Origin: an uncultured Bacilli bacterium
Lineage (GTDB): Bacteria; Bacillota_I; Bacilli_A; RFN20; CAG-826
DNA length: 64,000 nucleotides
NCBI GenBank assembly: GCA_944358895.1
Contig: CALVSB010000001.1
Location: 31,355-95,354, forward strand
Direction of reading: 5' to 3'
In this document: positions 1 to 9,196 of the stretch, in pieces
Numbering within the stretch: position 1 is the first letter of the stretch
Layout of the letters: every line of letters starts with the position of its first letter
Notes under the pieces: generated by a model
What the model was told of the DNA's origin: nothing
Database searches by the model: none
What the model saw: only the letters and a program-made list of their open reading frames with translations
Made by a program: the position numbers and the translations under genes

Positions 1-56
1 CGGCCGGGCTGAGCGAAGAGCAAGCCATCAAGGAAGGGCTCAGGAAACTCAAATGA
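1..56 (+). CDS. ruvA: Holliday junction DNA helicase RuvA, 3' end only (C-terminal ...LSEEQAIKEGLRKLK*)
   Basis: An open frame runs in from the window edge and ends at TGA 54-56, overlapping the ruvB ATG (ATGA). Its position upstream of ruvB matches ruvAB synteny. The fragment is too short for a confident homology call. Confidence 0.4.
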   Translation, partial: AGLSEEQAIKEGLRKLK

Positions 57-1114
57 GCGAAGCAAAGAAGAAGAAAAAGGACCCCGAAGCGGAAAAGAAG
101 GCGGAAGAGGAAGAGAAAGAGCGCCTCATGTCGAGCGAGCGCGAGCCCGGCGACGAGGAGCTTTCCCTTCGGCCCCAGACCCTCAAGGAGTACGTCGGGC
201 AGGAGGAGCTGAAGAAAAACCTCACCGTCTTCATCAAGGCGGCCTTAAAACGGAAGGAACCGCTCGACCATGTCCTCCTTTACGGCCCCCCGGGCCTCGG
301 GAAGACGACTCTCGCCTACGTCATCGCGAACGAAATGGGGGCGGCGGTGAAGTCCGTCTCCGGCCCGGCCGTCGAGAAAAGCGGCGACCTCGCGGTCGTC
401 CTTAGCGAGCTTGAACCGGGCGACGTCCTCTTCATCGACGAGATCCACCGGCTCCCCCGGGCCGTCGAAGAAGTGCTTTACGGGGCGATGGAGGATTTCG
501 TCCTCCAGATCCTCGTGAACCGCGACGGGGCGGCCAAGGCGGTAAGGATCCCCCTCCCGCCCTTCACTCTCGTCGGGGCGACGACCCGGAGCGGCGACAT
601 TTCCTCGCCCCTCAGGGCCCGCTTCGGCATCCAGTCGAAGATCGACTTCTATCCCCCGAAGGACCTCGAGACGATCATCGAGCGGACTTCCCGGGTCCTC
701 CAAATGCCGATCGAGCCCAGGGCGGCCCTCACCATCGCCGAGCGGAGCCGGGGCACCCCGCGCATCGCCAACCGGCTCTTTAGGCGGGTCCGCGACTTCG
801 CTTCCTACGAAGAGAAGGACAAAGTCGACATCGCGGTGGCCCTCAAGGCCCTCGATGCCCTCCATATCGACGAGCTCGGCCTCGACGAAGTCGACATCCG
901 TTACCTCGATGCCCTCATCGGCCGCTTCCACGGCGGCCCGGCCGGCCTCGAGTCGATCGCCTCGGCCATCGGCGAGGAAATAAGCAATCTCGAGGACGTC
1001 TACGAGCCCTACCTCGTGATGAGCGGCCTCGTGAACCGGACCCCGCGGGGCCGGGTCGCGACCGAAAAGGCCTACAAACACCTCAAAAGGAGTTACCAAG
1101 GGTCCCTCTTCTAG
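53..1114 (+). CDS. ruvB: Holliday junction branch-migration ATPase RuvB
   Basis: 353 aa with a Walker A motif GPPGLGKTT, an AAA+ core and the RuvB C-terminal winged helix. It has a Lys/Glu-rich N-terminal extension. Confidence 0.95.
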   Translation: MSEAKKKKKDPEAEKKAEEEEKERLMSSEREPGDEELSLRPQTLKEYVGQEELKKNLTVFIKAALKRKEPLDHVLLYGPPGLGKTTLAYVIANEMGAAVKSVSGPAVEKSGDLAVVLSELEPGDVLFIDEIHRLPRAVEEVLYGAMEDFVLQILVNRDGAAKAVRIPLPPFTLVGATTRSGDISSPLRARFGIQSKIDFYPPKDLETIIERTSRVLQMPIEPRAALTIAERSRGTPRIANRLFRRVRDFASYEEKDKVDIAVALKALDALHIDELGLDEVDIRYLDALIGRFHGGPAGLESIASAIGEEISNLEDVYEPYLVMSGLVNRTPRGRVATEKAYKHLKRSYQGSLF

Positions 1115-1280
1115 GGGCCCTTTTCCTTTGAAAAGGCCGCAAAACCCCTCTCTTTTGCTCCCTTTCGGGGCCACCCGGGAAAAAGGGCGGATTCTTCCTT
1201 GTCTAGGGGGCCGCGCGCGCTTAAACTAATACCCGCGTATGCCCGCCCTTTTAGGGCGCATGCCTCTTGGAGGTTATCCA

Positions 1281-3983
1281 ATGCGGAGAAAACTTGCCTA
1301 TATACTGCTTGCCTCGGCTCTCATCGCATCGAGCGCGGCGGCCATCCCGGCTAGCATCGTGGCCCTCGATACCGACGTGAGCTACGGAGCCGGCAAAGAA
1401 CTTTATTTCCGGATCAGCGAGAAAGGGACGACGACCTTCGGCCTCGAGAACGCCGAGTACATCACCAACGACGACTATGCGGCGGTGAACGAGGTCAAAG
1501 ATGAATTCGAGACCCGGCTCGAGAGCTGGGACATCAACGCCAACGTCACGACCGAGGGCTACTCGACCGTCAAGGTCACCCTCCGGACCCAGAAAGGGAG
1601 CGAAGCCGACTACCAATACCTCCAGCGCTACCTTCCCTTCTCCGGCGGCGACATCACGGTGGCGGCCGGCTACACGGCCGACCTCGAAGACGACCCCTCC
1701 TCCGACGCCGACTACCTCGACAATAGGATGTTCGAGGGGCAGACGGCGACCATCGAATACGTGAACAACATCCCGGTTGTGGCCATCCCGGTCAACTACC
1801 CGGGCGAAGACGGCAAGATGGCGACCCTCGTCGATTTCTGCAGCGAGAACACCATCGCCCCGACAAGCGACTCCTCGACCTCGACGGCCGGGCAGGACTG
1901 CTACCTCGTCTTCTGGAACAACTTCCAGGAAGGCGACAACTTCGCGGATGCCTACGACTCCTCGAGCGAGAACTACGACCCGAACATGGCTTCCCGCCTC
2001 ATCTTCGGCGAAGTCCCGGGGAATGCCTGGTTCAACGAGGACGACGAAGACGACCAGTACACGAGGATCCAGCTCCTCCCCAATAGCGAAGCCATCCAGG
2101 ACGGCACCTTCAACCAGAGCCTTTCCGGCTCGGCCTACAAGGCGGCCCGTTACTATTGCTCCCTCTTCAACGCCTCGAGCTACGACTACGACATCACTTT
2201 CTCCTACATGGTCGACGCCCCGGCCCAGGTCGAATCCTTGATCGACGCCGGCGACTACCACCTGACCCCGGCCATGGGCGCGACCCTCATCGCCACCCTC
2301 GTCGGCTTCTTCGTCTCGGTGGCCATCCTCGTGGCCTTCTACCGGCTCTCGAGCCTCATGACGATTGCCAACGCGATGGCGACCGTCCTCCTTTCGCTCC
2401 TCCTCTTCGGCTACTTTGCCGCCCAGTTCGGCATCGGGGCGGTGGTGGGTCTCCTCGTCGGAGCCCTCCTCTCCCTCTTCGGCAGCACCTATTACCTCGC
2501 CAAGCTGAAGCAGGGACTCTATAGCGGCCGCTCGCCGAAGAAGGCCCATTACGAAGCCCTCAAGAAGGCCCTTTGGCCGACCCTCGACGCCGGGATCGTC
2601 TCGATCCTCCTTGGCCTTTGCGTCTACGGCTTCGTCCCCGGCGTCATCGGCAAAGCCGGCCTCATGCTCGTCCTGAGCGGGGCTATCGGCATGATCCTCA
2701 ACCTCGTCCTCACCCGGCTCGAGGGCTACATGCTCGCCTGCGACAATTCGACCGAGAAGAAGCTCGGCGCGACTTATGGCATCGACGAGAGCAAGCTACC
2801 CAATAACGTCGAGGAAATGAAGGAGCCCTATGGCGGCGTCTTCGCCAAGACCGACTTCAAGAAGCTCTACAAGGGCTCGCTCATTGCCCTCGCCGTCCTC
2901 TCGGTGGCGGCCGTCCTCGGCCTCTCGATTGCCTCCGGCCTGACGGGCGAACCTTATAACTACGGCGGCGCCTATAGCGACACCACCTCGATTTCCCTCG
3001 CCTACCAGGTCGAGAAGACCTCGACCCCGCTTACCGCCTTCGACACCCCCGACGAGATCGAGGACAACTTCCTCGCCCACCTCAAGGTCGGCGATGCGGC
3101 CCTTGCTTACGAGGACGTCATCGATAGCGGCGAGACGAGCTTCTACGACAGCGTCGACCGGGTCTATTACAACGTCTACTATTACGACGTGCCCCTCAGC
3201 GCCTTCTATGGCGACGGGACGGAGGAAGCAGAAGGCGTCACCTATTACGCGAACGACGCCTCCTATCCGAGCCTCGCCCAAGCCGTCGAGGGTTTGGCCA
3301 GCGAATTCGACGGACTTAGCGCCAGCGTCAACCTCGTCACGAGCGAGGAAGCGACGCCCTCGCTTGCCACCTTCATGCTCGGCTACGGGGTCGGCTACGT
3401 CTTCGTCCTGGCTTATAGCCTCGTCCGCTACCGCCTCGCCCGCGGGAGCGCCCTGACCCTCGTCTCCTTCGCCTCGGGCCTCGTCCCGATGGCCATCGTC
3501 TCGGCGGCCCGGATCGCCGTGACCCCGTTCTTCTCCTTGGCCCCGATCATGGCCTCGATCCTCGTCTATCTGGCTGGCAGCTACTTCTTCGACCGGGCCG
3601 AGGAAATCCGCCACGAAGCCCGCGAGCGCGACAAGAACGCTCGCTCCTTCAAGATGGAATGCCTCCTTAGGGCCAATGCCCTCGAGGCTGGAGAGGTCGT
3701 CACCTTCGCCTTCCTCGCCACCTTCTCGCTCATCGCCTTCTTCGGCTTCGGGCCGGGCAGCTTCGAGCTCATCTTCCTCCTCGCCCTCGTCGGGCTGCTC
3801 GTCGGCCTCTACTTCGTCTTCTTCGCCCTCGTTCCGCTTTCCAACCTCCTAAGCGACGGCTACTCGCTCGCTGGACGGGGCATTAAGAAAGCCCTCCCGG
3901 AGAAGAAGAAGGAAGAAAAAGGACCGCGCGGCAAGAAAGGCTCCGAGCCGGAAGAAGCCCTCTTCATCGGGATCAACGACTGA
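1281..3983 (+). CDS. secDF: Protein translocase subunit SecDF (single fused polypeptide)
   Basis: About 900 aa with two 6-TM bundles, each preceded by a large periplasmic-type domain. Both TM bundles resemble SecD/SecF membrane regions (read by eye). GGAGG lies 7 nt upstream of the ATG at 1281; the listed ORF start at 1239 has no RBS. Confidence 0.85.
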   Translation: MRRKLAYILLASALIASSAAAIPASIVALDTDVSYGAGKELYFRISEKGTTTFGLENAEYITNDDYAAVNEVKDEFETRLESWDINANVTTEGYSTVKVTLRTQKGSEADYQYLQRYLPFSGGDITVAAGYTADLEDDPSSDADYLDNRMFEGQTATIEYVNNIPVVAIPVNYPGEDGKMATLVDFCSENTIAPTSDSSTSTAGQDCYLVFWNNFQEGDNFADAYDSSSENYDPNMASRLIFGEVPGNAWFNEDDEDDQYTRIQLLPNSEAIQDGTFNQSLSGSAYKAARYYCSLFNASSYDYDITFSYMVDAPAQVESLIDAGDYHLTPAMGATLIATLVGFFVSVAILVAFYRLSSLMTIANAMATVLLSLLLFGYFAAQFGIGAVVGLLVGALLSLFGSTYYLAKLKQGLYSGRSPKKAHYEALKKALWPTLDAGIVSILLGLCVYGFVPGVIGKAGLMLVLSGAIGMILNLVLTRLEGYMLACDNSTEKKLGATYGIDESKLPNNVEEMKEPYGGVFAKTDFKKLYKGSLIALAVLSVAAVLGLSIASGLTGEPYNYGGAYSDTTSISLAYQVEKTSTPLTAFDTPDEIEDNFLAHLKVGDAALAYEDVIDSGETSFYDSVDRVYYNVYYYDVPLSAFYGDGTEEAEGVTYYANDASYPSLAQAVEGLASEFDGLSASVNLVTSEEATPSLATFMLGYGVGYVFVLAYSLVRYRLARGSALTLVSFASGLVPMAIVSAARIAVTPFFSLAPIMASILVYLAGSYFFDRAEEIRHEARERDKNARSFKMECLLRANALEAGEVVTFAFLATFSLIAFFGFGPGSFELIFLLALVGLLVGLYFVFFALVPLSNLLSDGYSLAGRGIKKALPEKKKEEKGPRGKKGSEPEEALFIGIND

Positions 3984-5545
3984 TGGATTTCCAAAAGCGC
4001 CTTCTTCATTACCTCGGAGTAGGGGAAAAGGAGGCGCTTTTCCTTTTGCGCGACTACTCCCTCGACGACCTTCCCTCCCTCGACGGCTTCGAGGCGACGA
4101 AGAAGGCCATTTCCCTCGTCGACCAAGCCAAGGAGAAGGGCGAGGGGATCCTCGTCTACGGCGACTATGACTGCGACGGGGCGACCTCGACCGCCATTTT
4201 GGCCCGGGCCCTTAGCGACTACGGGGCCAAGGTCCGCTTCTATCTCCCGAGCCGCTACCTCGACGGGTACGGCCTTAACGAGGAAAACGCCAAAAGCATC
4301 GTCAAATCCGGCCTCTATTCCTTGATAATCACCGTCGATAACGGCATCGCGGCCCTCTCGCCCATCGAAATCCTCAAGGAAGCGGGGCTTTCGGTCGTCG
4401 TCATCGACCACCACGAAAGGGGCAAGGAACTCCCGAAGGCGGACGCCATCATCCATCCCGACACCCTTCCTTATCCTTCGCCCTCCGTCTCGGCCGGCTA
4501 CCTGGCCTATCAGTTCTCCCGGGCCCTACTAAAGAAAAGCGTGCCGTATCTATTGACCCTCGGGGCCCTCTCGACCGTGAGCGACATGATGGAGCTCCGA
4601 GGCCACAACCGGGCCATCGTCAAGCTGGCCGAGGAAGCTCTTGCCGAAGGAAGCTTCCCAGCCCTCCTTTCCCTTCTTCCGAAGAAGGAGGGGCCCGTCT
4701 CCTATCGCTCCTTCGCCCTTTCGATCGCCCCGGCCGTCAATGCCGTCGGGCGCCTCGAGGAGGAGAAGAAAGTCTCGCGGATCGCCTCCTACCTCGAATA
4801 TGGGGACAAGGGTGCCGATCCCGCCCTCCTTGCTTACATCCTCGCTCTCAACGAGAAGCGGAAAGCCATCTCCTCGAGCTTCGAGGAACTTTCCTTCGAT
4901 GCCTCCCTCCCGGCCATCACCGCCCTCTCGCCCTATCCCGAGGGGCTGAACGGCCTCATCGCCAACCGCCTCCTCGAGGCTTACGGCCGTCCGGCGGCCG
5001 TCTTCAGCCCCAAGAAGAACGATCCCGAGGTTCTCGTCGGATCCCTCCGCTCGAAGGAGGGCTGCTCGATCATCTCTTTCTACGATGCCGGGCGGATCCC
5101 TTTCCTCACCCGCGGCGGCCACGAGCTGGCGGCCGGGGCCTCGATCGAAAAAAAGGACCTCGACCTCTTCAAACAAGAATTCGGCCTCTTCGCCCTCGCC
5201 CATCCCTTCAAGGAGGAAAAGCGGCCCCCGATGGAAGTGGGGCGCGAGGACCTCACCCTCGAGAACCTCGCCTTCCTCGAGAAGCTCTCGCCCTTCGGTA
5301 GCGGCTTCAAGGAGCCGCATTTCCGCCTGCCGGGCGTTCTCTTCGACGAGCTTGCCTTCGCCAAAGACGGGAAATACCTCTCCTTCCCGCTCGGGAAGGA
5401 CAGCCGTGCCTTCTCCTTCCGCCTCGGGAGCCGGGACTTCGAACCGGGGAAGCGCTACGCCCTCGAGGGAACCTTCGAGCGCGATGTCTTCCGCGGGAGG
5501 TCCCGCCTCACCTTCAAGGTCGAGCGAGCCAGCGAGGAAAAGTGA
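3983..5545 (+). CDS. recJ: Single-stranded-DNA-specific exonuclease RecJ (DHH/DHHA1 family)
   Basis: Carries the DHH-family motifs DYDCDGATS and VIDHHE. It lies between secDF and rel as in Bacillus. The start overlaps the secDF stop (TGATG). Confidence 0.85.
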   Translation: MDFQKRLLHYLGVGEKEALFLLRDYSLDDLPSLDGFEATKKAISLVDQAKEKGEGILVYGDYDCDGATSTAILARALSDYGAKVRFYLPSRYLDGYGLNEENAKSIVKSGLYSLIITVDNGIAALSPIEILKEAGLSVVVIDHHERGKELPKADAIIHPDTLPYPSPSVSAGYLAYQFSRALLKKSVPYLLTLGALSTVSDMMELRGHNRAIVKLAEEALAEGSFPALLSLLPKKEGPVSYRSFALSIAPAVNAVGRLEEEKKVSRIASYLEYGDKGADPALLAYILALNEKRKAISSSFEELSFDASLPAITALSPYPEGLNGLIANRLLEAYGRPAAVFSPKKNDPEVLVGSLRSKEGCSIISFYDAGRIPFLTRGGHELAAGASIEKKDLDLFKQEFGLFALAHPFKEEKRPPMEVGREDLTLENLAFLEKLSPFGSGFKEPHFRLPGVLFDELAFAKDGKYLSFPLGKDSRAFSFRLGSRDFEPGKRYALEGTFERDVFRGRSRLTFKVERASEEK

Positions 5546-5549
5546 GAAA

Positions 5550-5578
5550 ACGGCCCGTGAAAGGGCCGTTTTCTCTCT
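5550..5578 (+). terminator. Rho-independent terminator after recJ
   Basis: Stem ACGGCCC / GGGCCGT with loop GTGAAA, followed by a T-rich run. It starts 5 nt after the recJ stop. Confidence 0.6.
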
Positions 5579-5661
5579 CGTTTCGCTTCCTTTCTCCCCG
5601 ACAAGCGAGGCTTTGGGCCAGCAAGGGCGGGCCTTCTTCTATTTAGGGAGGCGCGAGGTGT

Positions 5662-5669
5662 TGTATAAT
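5662..5669 (+). promoter_or_regulatory. Extended -10 element (TGTATAAT) of rel
   Basis: TATAAT at 5664-5669 is preceded by TG. The rel ATG lies only 9 nt downstream, with no Shine-Dalgarno sequence. Confidence 0.45.
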
Positions 5670-5678
5670 CCTTCCGCT

Positions 5679-7892
5679 ATGGCGGAAGAAGAGAAGAAGC
5701 TCGCCCCGAACGGCGGCTACCCGATGCACACCTTCGAGGACCTGAAGGAACTTTACTACGTTTATATCAAAAGCGAAGCCGGGCGGAAGATGATCGAAGA
5801 CGCCTATCTCCTGGCCAAGGAGAAGCATGACGGCGTCTTCCGGAAGTCCGGGGAACCCTATATCCAGCACCCGATCGAGGTGGCCTACATCCTGGCCCAG
5901 CTCGAGGCCGGCCCGGCGACCATCGCCTCGGGCCTCCTCCACGACACGGTCGAGGACACCGACCTCACGGTCGACGAGATCAGGAAGCGCTTCGGGGACG
6001 ACGTCGCCCTCATTGTCGATAGCCTCACCAAGATCCAGCGGATGAAGCTCAGCAAGCGGAAGGAAATCGACTTCGAGGCCGAGGACCACCGGAAGATCTT
6101 CCTCGGGATGGCGAGGGACGTCCGGGTCATCCTCGTGAAGCTGGCCGACCGCCTCCATAACCTAAGGACCCTCGATGCCCTTTCCCCCGAGCGGCAGAAG
6201 GCCATCGCCCAGGAGTCGCTCGACGTCTTCACCCCGATCGCCCACCGGCTCGGCATCTACACCATCCAAAGCGAGATGGAGGACCTCTCCCTCAAATACC
6301 TCGAGCCGGAGAAGTACCGGAAGATCCTGGAGCTCCTCAACCAGCGCGAGGAAAACCGCCAGGGGTCGCTCACGGCCCTTAAGAAGCGGATCGCCGACAT
6401 CCTCTTCGAGCACAAGATCCCCTTCCGGATGGAATCGCGGGTCAAGTCGATCTACTCGATTTACCGGAAGATGTTCAAGAAGGGCTATACCTTCGACGAG
6501 ATCTACGACGTCTTGGCCATCCGGATCATCACCAAGACCGAGATCAACTGCTACGAGATCCTCGGGATCATCCACGCGACCTACAAGCCGATCCCCGGGC
6601 GCTTCAAGGACTACATCGCCATGCCGAAGCCCAACATGTACCAGTCGCTCCACACGACGATCGTCTCGGGCGACGGCAACATCTACGAGGTCCAGATCCG
6701 GACCGAGGAGATGGACAAGGTCGCCGAGACCGGCATCGCCGCCCACTGGCGCTACAAGGAAAGCGAGAACTACAACGCCAAGGAAGAGCAGCGGGACATC
6801 GAGGAAAAGCTCCATTGGTTCCGCGACTTCGTCTCGATGAGCGGCGAGCAAAGCGGCTCGGCCGAGGACTTCATGGCCGCCCTCAGCAACGACATCTTCA
6901 ACGCGAACGTCTACGTCTTCACCCCGATGGGCAAGGTCATCGAGCTCCCGACCGGGGCGACGACCCTCGACTTCGCCTACAAGATCCATACCAAGGTCGG
7001 CGACCAGGCGGTCGGGGCGACGGTCAACGGCGCCCTCGTCCCCCTCAACACGGTCCTCAAGACCGGCGACGTCTGCGAGATCAAGACCTCGAAGACCTCC
7101 CCGGGCCCCAACCTCGGCTGGCTCGAGATCGCCAAGACCTCCTCGGCCAAGGCCCACATCAAGAAGGCCATCGCCAAGCGCGAGGCCAGCGAAGGGACGA
7201 AGGAAGAGGCGATAAGAAAAGGCCGCGAATGGTGCCTTTCGGCCTTCGAGAAGGAAGGAATTGGCCCCGGGGAGATGGACAAGATGCTTTCCGACGAGAA
7301 AGTCCTCTCCTATTACCGCGTGGCGAGCAAAGACGACCTTTACGCCCAGGTGGCCGGGAAAAGCCCGACCCCCCAGGCCATCCTCGATTACCTGAACGTC
7401 CGCCGCGAGAAAAGGAAGCCCCGGCTCGGGAAAGCCGTCCAAAATGGCGGGGTCCCGGTCGAGATCGACGGGGGCGAAGGGGTGATGATCAGCCTCGCCA
7501 AGTGCTGCACCCCGATCCCGGGCGACCACATCGTCGGCTTCGTGAGCAAGGGCAAGGGGATCATCGTCCACCGGGCCAATTGCCCGAACATCGCCCATAG
7601 CAACCGGCTCCTCTCCGCCAAGTGGCGGGACGACCTCGGGGTGGTGGGGACTTATCCCGTCGACGTCGAGATCTACGCCAACGACCGGCCGAACCTCCTG
7701 GCCGACATCCTGGTCACCCTCTCGAGCAAGAACATCGTCTGCAGCGACCTCAAGGCCCACCTCATCAAGGAAAACATGAACTGCGTCGTCGAAATGACGG
7801 TCTACGTCTCCGACGCCCTCACCCTCGACGACGTCTTCCTCGCCCTCAAGGGGGTGCGTGGGGTCTACGACGGCAGGCGGGTCATCCACTAG
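5679..7892 (+). CDS. rel: Bifunctional (p)ppGpp synthetase/hydrolase Rel (RelA/SpoT family)
   Basis: 737 aa with an HD hydrolase domain (HDTVEDT), a RelA/SpoT synthetase domain, and TGS and ACT domains. The ORF-track frame is open upstream to 5085, but the conserved N-terminus starts at this ATG, just downstream of the TATAAT box. Confidence 0.9.
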   Translation: MAEEEKKLAPNGGYPMHTFEDLKELYYVYIKSEAGRKMIEDAYLLAKEKHDGVFRKSGEPYIQHPIEVAYILAQLEAGPATIASGLLHDTVEDTDLTVDEIRKRFGDDVALIVDSLTKIQRMKLSKRKEIDFEAEDHRKIFLGMARDVRVILVKLADRLHNLRTLDALSPERQKAIAQESLDVFTPIAHRLGIYTIQSEMEDLSLKYLEPEKYRKILELLNQREENRQGSLTALKKRIADILFEHKIPFRMESRVKSIYSIYRKMFKKGYTFDEIYDVLAIRIITKTEINCYEILGIIHATYKPIPGRFKDYIAMPKPNMYQSLHTTIVSGDGNIYEVQIRTEEMDKVAETGIAAHWRYKESENYNAKEEQRDIEEKLHWFRDFVSMSGEQSGSAEDFMAALSNDIFNANVYVFTPMGKVIELPTGATTLDFAYKIHTKVGDQAVGATVNGALVPLNTVLKTGDVCEIKTSKTSPGPNLGWLEIAKTSSAKAHIKKAIAKREASEGTKEEAIRKGREWCLSAFEKEGIGPGEMDKMLSDEKVLSYYRVASKDDLYAQVAGKSPTPQAILDYLNVRREKRKPRLGKAVQNGGVPVEIDGGEGVMISLAKCCTPIPGDHIVGFVSKGKGIIVHRANCPNIAHSNRLLSAKWRDDLGVVGTYPVDVEIYANDRPNLLADILVTLSSKNIVCSDLKAHLIKENMNCVVEMTVYVSDALTLDDVFLALKGVRGVYDGRRVIH

Positions 7893-7903
7893 AAAGGAAC
7901 AAC

Positions 7904-9196
7904 ATGGCATTTCAAAGAGTCAAAGGAACGATGGACGTCTACGGGCACTACGCCCGGACCAAGGAAAAGGTGGCGTCCGTCCTCAAGGGAATGGCGGAAC
8001 TCTACCATTTCTCGCCTTTCGAGACGCCGGTCCTCGAACCGACCGCCCTCTTCGAACGGGGGAGCGGGGAGACGACCGACATTGTCGAGAAGCAGATGTA
8101 TACCTTCTTCGACAAGGGCGGGCGGAGCCTCACCCTCCGGCCCGAGTATACGGCCGGGGTCGCCCGGGCCATCGTCGAGAACAAGCTCTACGCGACCGAA
8201 GACCTCCCGATCAAGGCCTACTACGAAGGTCCACTCTTCCGCTACGAGCGGCCGGGGCTTGGAAGGTACCGCCAATTCACCCAGTTCGGGGTCGAATGCG
8301 TCGGGGCCGATAGCCCCTGGCTCGACGCCGAGACGCTGCTCCTGGCCGTCGAAAGCCTCTATTACCTCGGCTTCAAGAAGGTCAGGGCCCTCGTCAATTC
8401 GCTCGGCGGCAAAGCGTCGCGCGACGCCTATCGGAAGGCCCTCGTCGCCTACTTTACGCCCCATAAGGACGAGCTTTGCCCCGATTGCCAACGGCGGCTC
8501 GAAACCAATCCTCTCCGGCTCCTCGACTGCAAGGTAGAGCACGACCATGAACTCGCCAAGGGCGCGCCCTCGATCCTCGATTACCTGAGCGAGGAGGACA
8601 AAGCCCGCTTCGAGAAGATCACCCGTTACCTCGATGCCCTCTCGATCGACTACACGGTCGATCCGGGGCTCGTCCGGGGCCTTGACTACTATTCCGGCTT
8701 CGTCTTCGAGGTCAAGATCGAAGGCGAGAAGGATTACGGCTCGGTCCTCGGCGGCGGCCATTACGACGACCTCCTGAGCGAGGTCGGTGGACCAGAACTC
8801 CCGGGCGTCGGCTTCGCGGTCGGCCTCGAGCGGCTCGTCTCCTCATACATGGACGAAGGACTCGATAGGGATGCCGATCCGGGCCTCGACGTCTATCTCA
8901 TGCCGATCGGGACGGAAGCCTTCGAACGGAGCTTCGGGCTCCTCGTCGAAACGCGGCTCTCCGGCTATTCGGCCGAGATGCCGACGAAGGAAGGGAAGCT
9001 CGGCGCCTATTTCAAGAAAGCCGAGCGGGCCGGGGCCCGTTACGCCCTCATCTACGGGGACGAGGAGCTCGAGGCCGGGAAGGCCCAGCTCAAGGACCTC
9101 CGGAAGAAAGAACAGGTCGAAATCGATCTAACGAAGCTCGCCGAGGAACTCGACGCGCGGTTAGGAGAAGAAGAGGAACATCACCATGCTGAGTAA
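7904..9196 (+). CDS. hisS: Histidine--tRNA ligase
   Basis: 431 aa with class II aaRS motifs and a HisRS signature. The ATG at 7904 is preceded by an AAAGGAA RBS. The in-frame upstream extension to 7622 overlaps rel and has no homology. Confidence 0.9.
   Translation: MAFQRVKGTMDVYGHYARTKEKVASVLKGMAELYHFSPFETPVLEPTALFERGSGETTDIVEKQMYTFFDKGGRSLTLRPEYTAGVARAIVENKLYATEDLPIKAYYEGPLFRYERPGLGRYRQFTQFGVECVGADSPWLDAETLLLAVESLYYLGFKKVRALVNSLGGKASRDAYRKALVAYFTPHKDELCPDCQRRLETNPLRLLDCKVEHDHELAKGAPSILDYLSEEDKARFEKITRYLDALSIDYTVDPGLVRGLDYYSGFVFEVKIEGEKDYGSVLGGGHYDDLLSEVGGPELPGVGFAVGLERLVSSYMDEGLDRDADPGLDVYLMPIGTEAFERSFGLLVETRLSGYSAEMPTKEGKLGAYFKKAERAGARYALIYGDEELEAGKAQLKDLRKKEQVEIDLTKLAEELDARLGEEEEHHHAE

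Noticed and set aside
245-1174. Long antisense ORFs across the window (for example 245-1174, 1251-2549, 6162-7910, 9090-10808, 11046-12356, 15733-17721, 20240-21529, 28065-29093, 29652-30695, 44459-46432 and 54496-55197)
   Set aside because: They overlap genes with unambiguous homologs on the other strand, and their translations are Arg/Gly/Pro/Asp-rich low complexity. They lack RBSs. Such ORFs are expected at about 60% GC with G/C-rich third positions.
5085-5678. The in-frame 5' extension of the rel ORF (935 aa in the ORF track); similar extensions of hisS (7622), parE (32851), msmK (41255), GH32 genes (49097, 54066) and the lipoprotein (47743)
   Set aside because: The extensions are Ser/Pro/Arg-rich, overlap the upstream gene and carry no homology. 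Conserved N-termini, RBSs or -10 boxes and lipoprotein signal peptides define the shorter starts.
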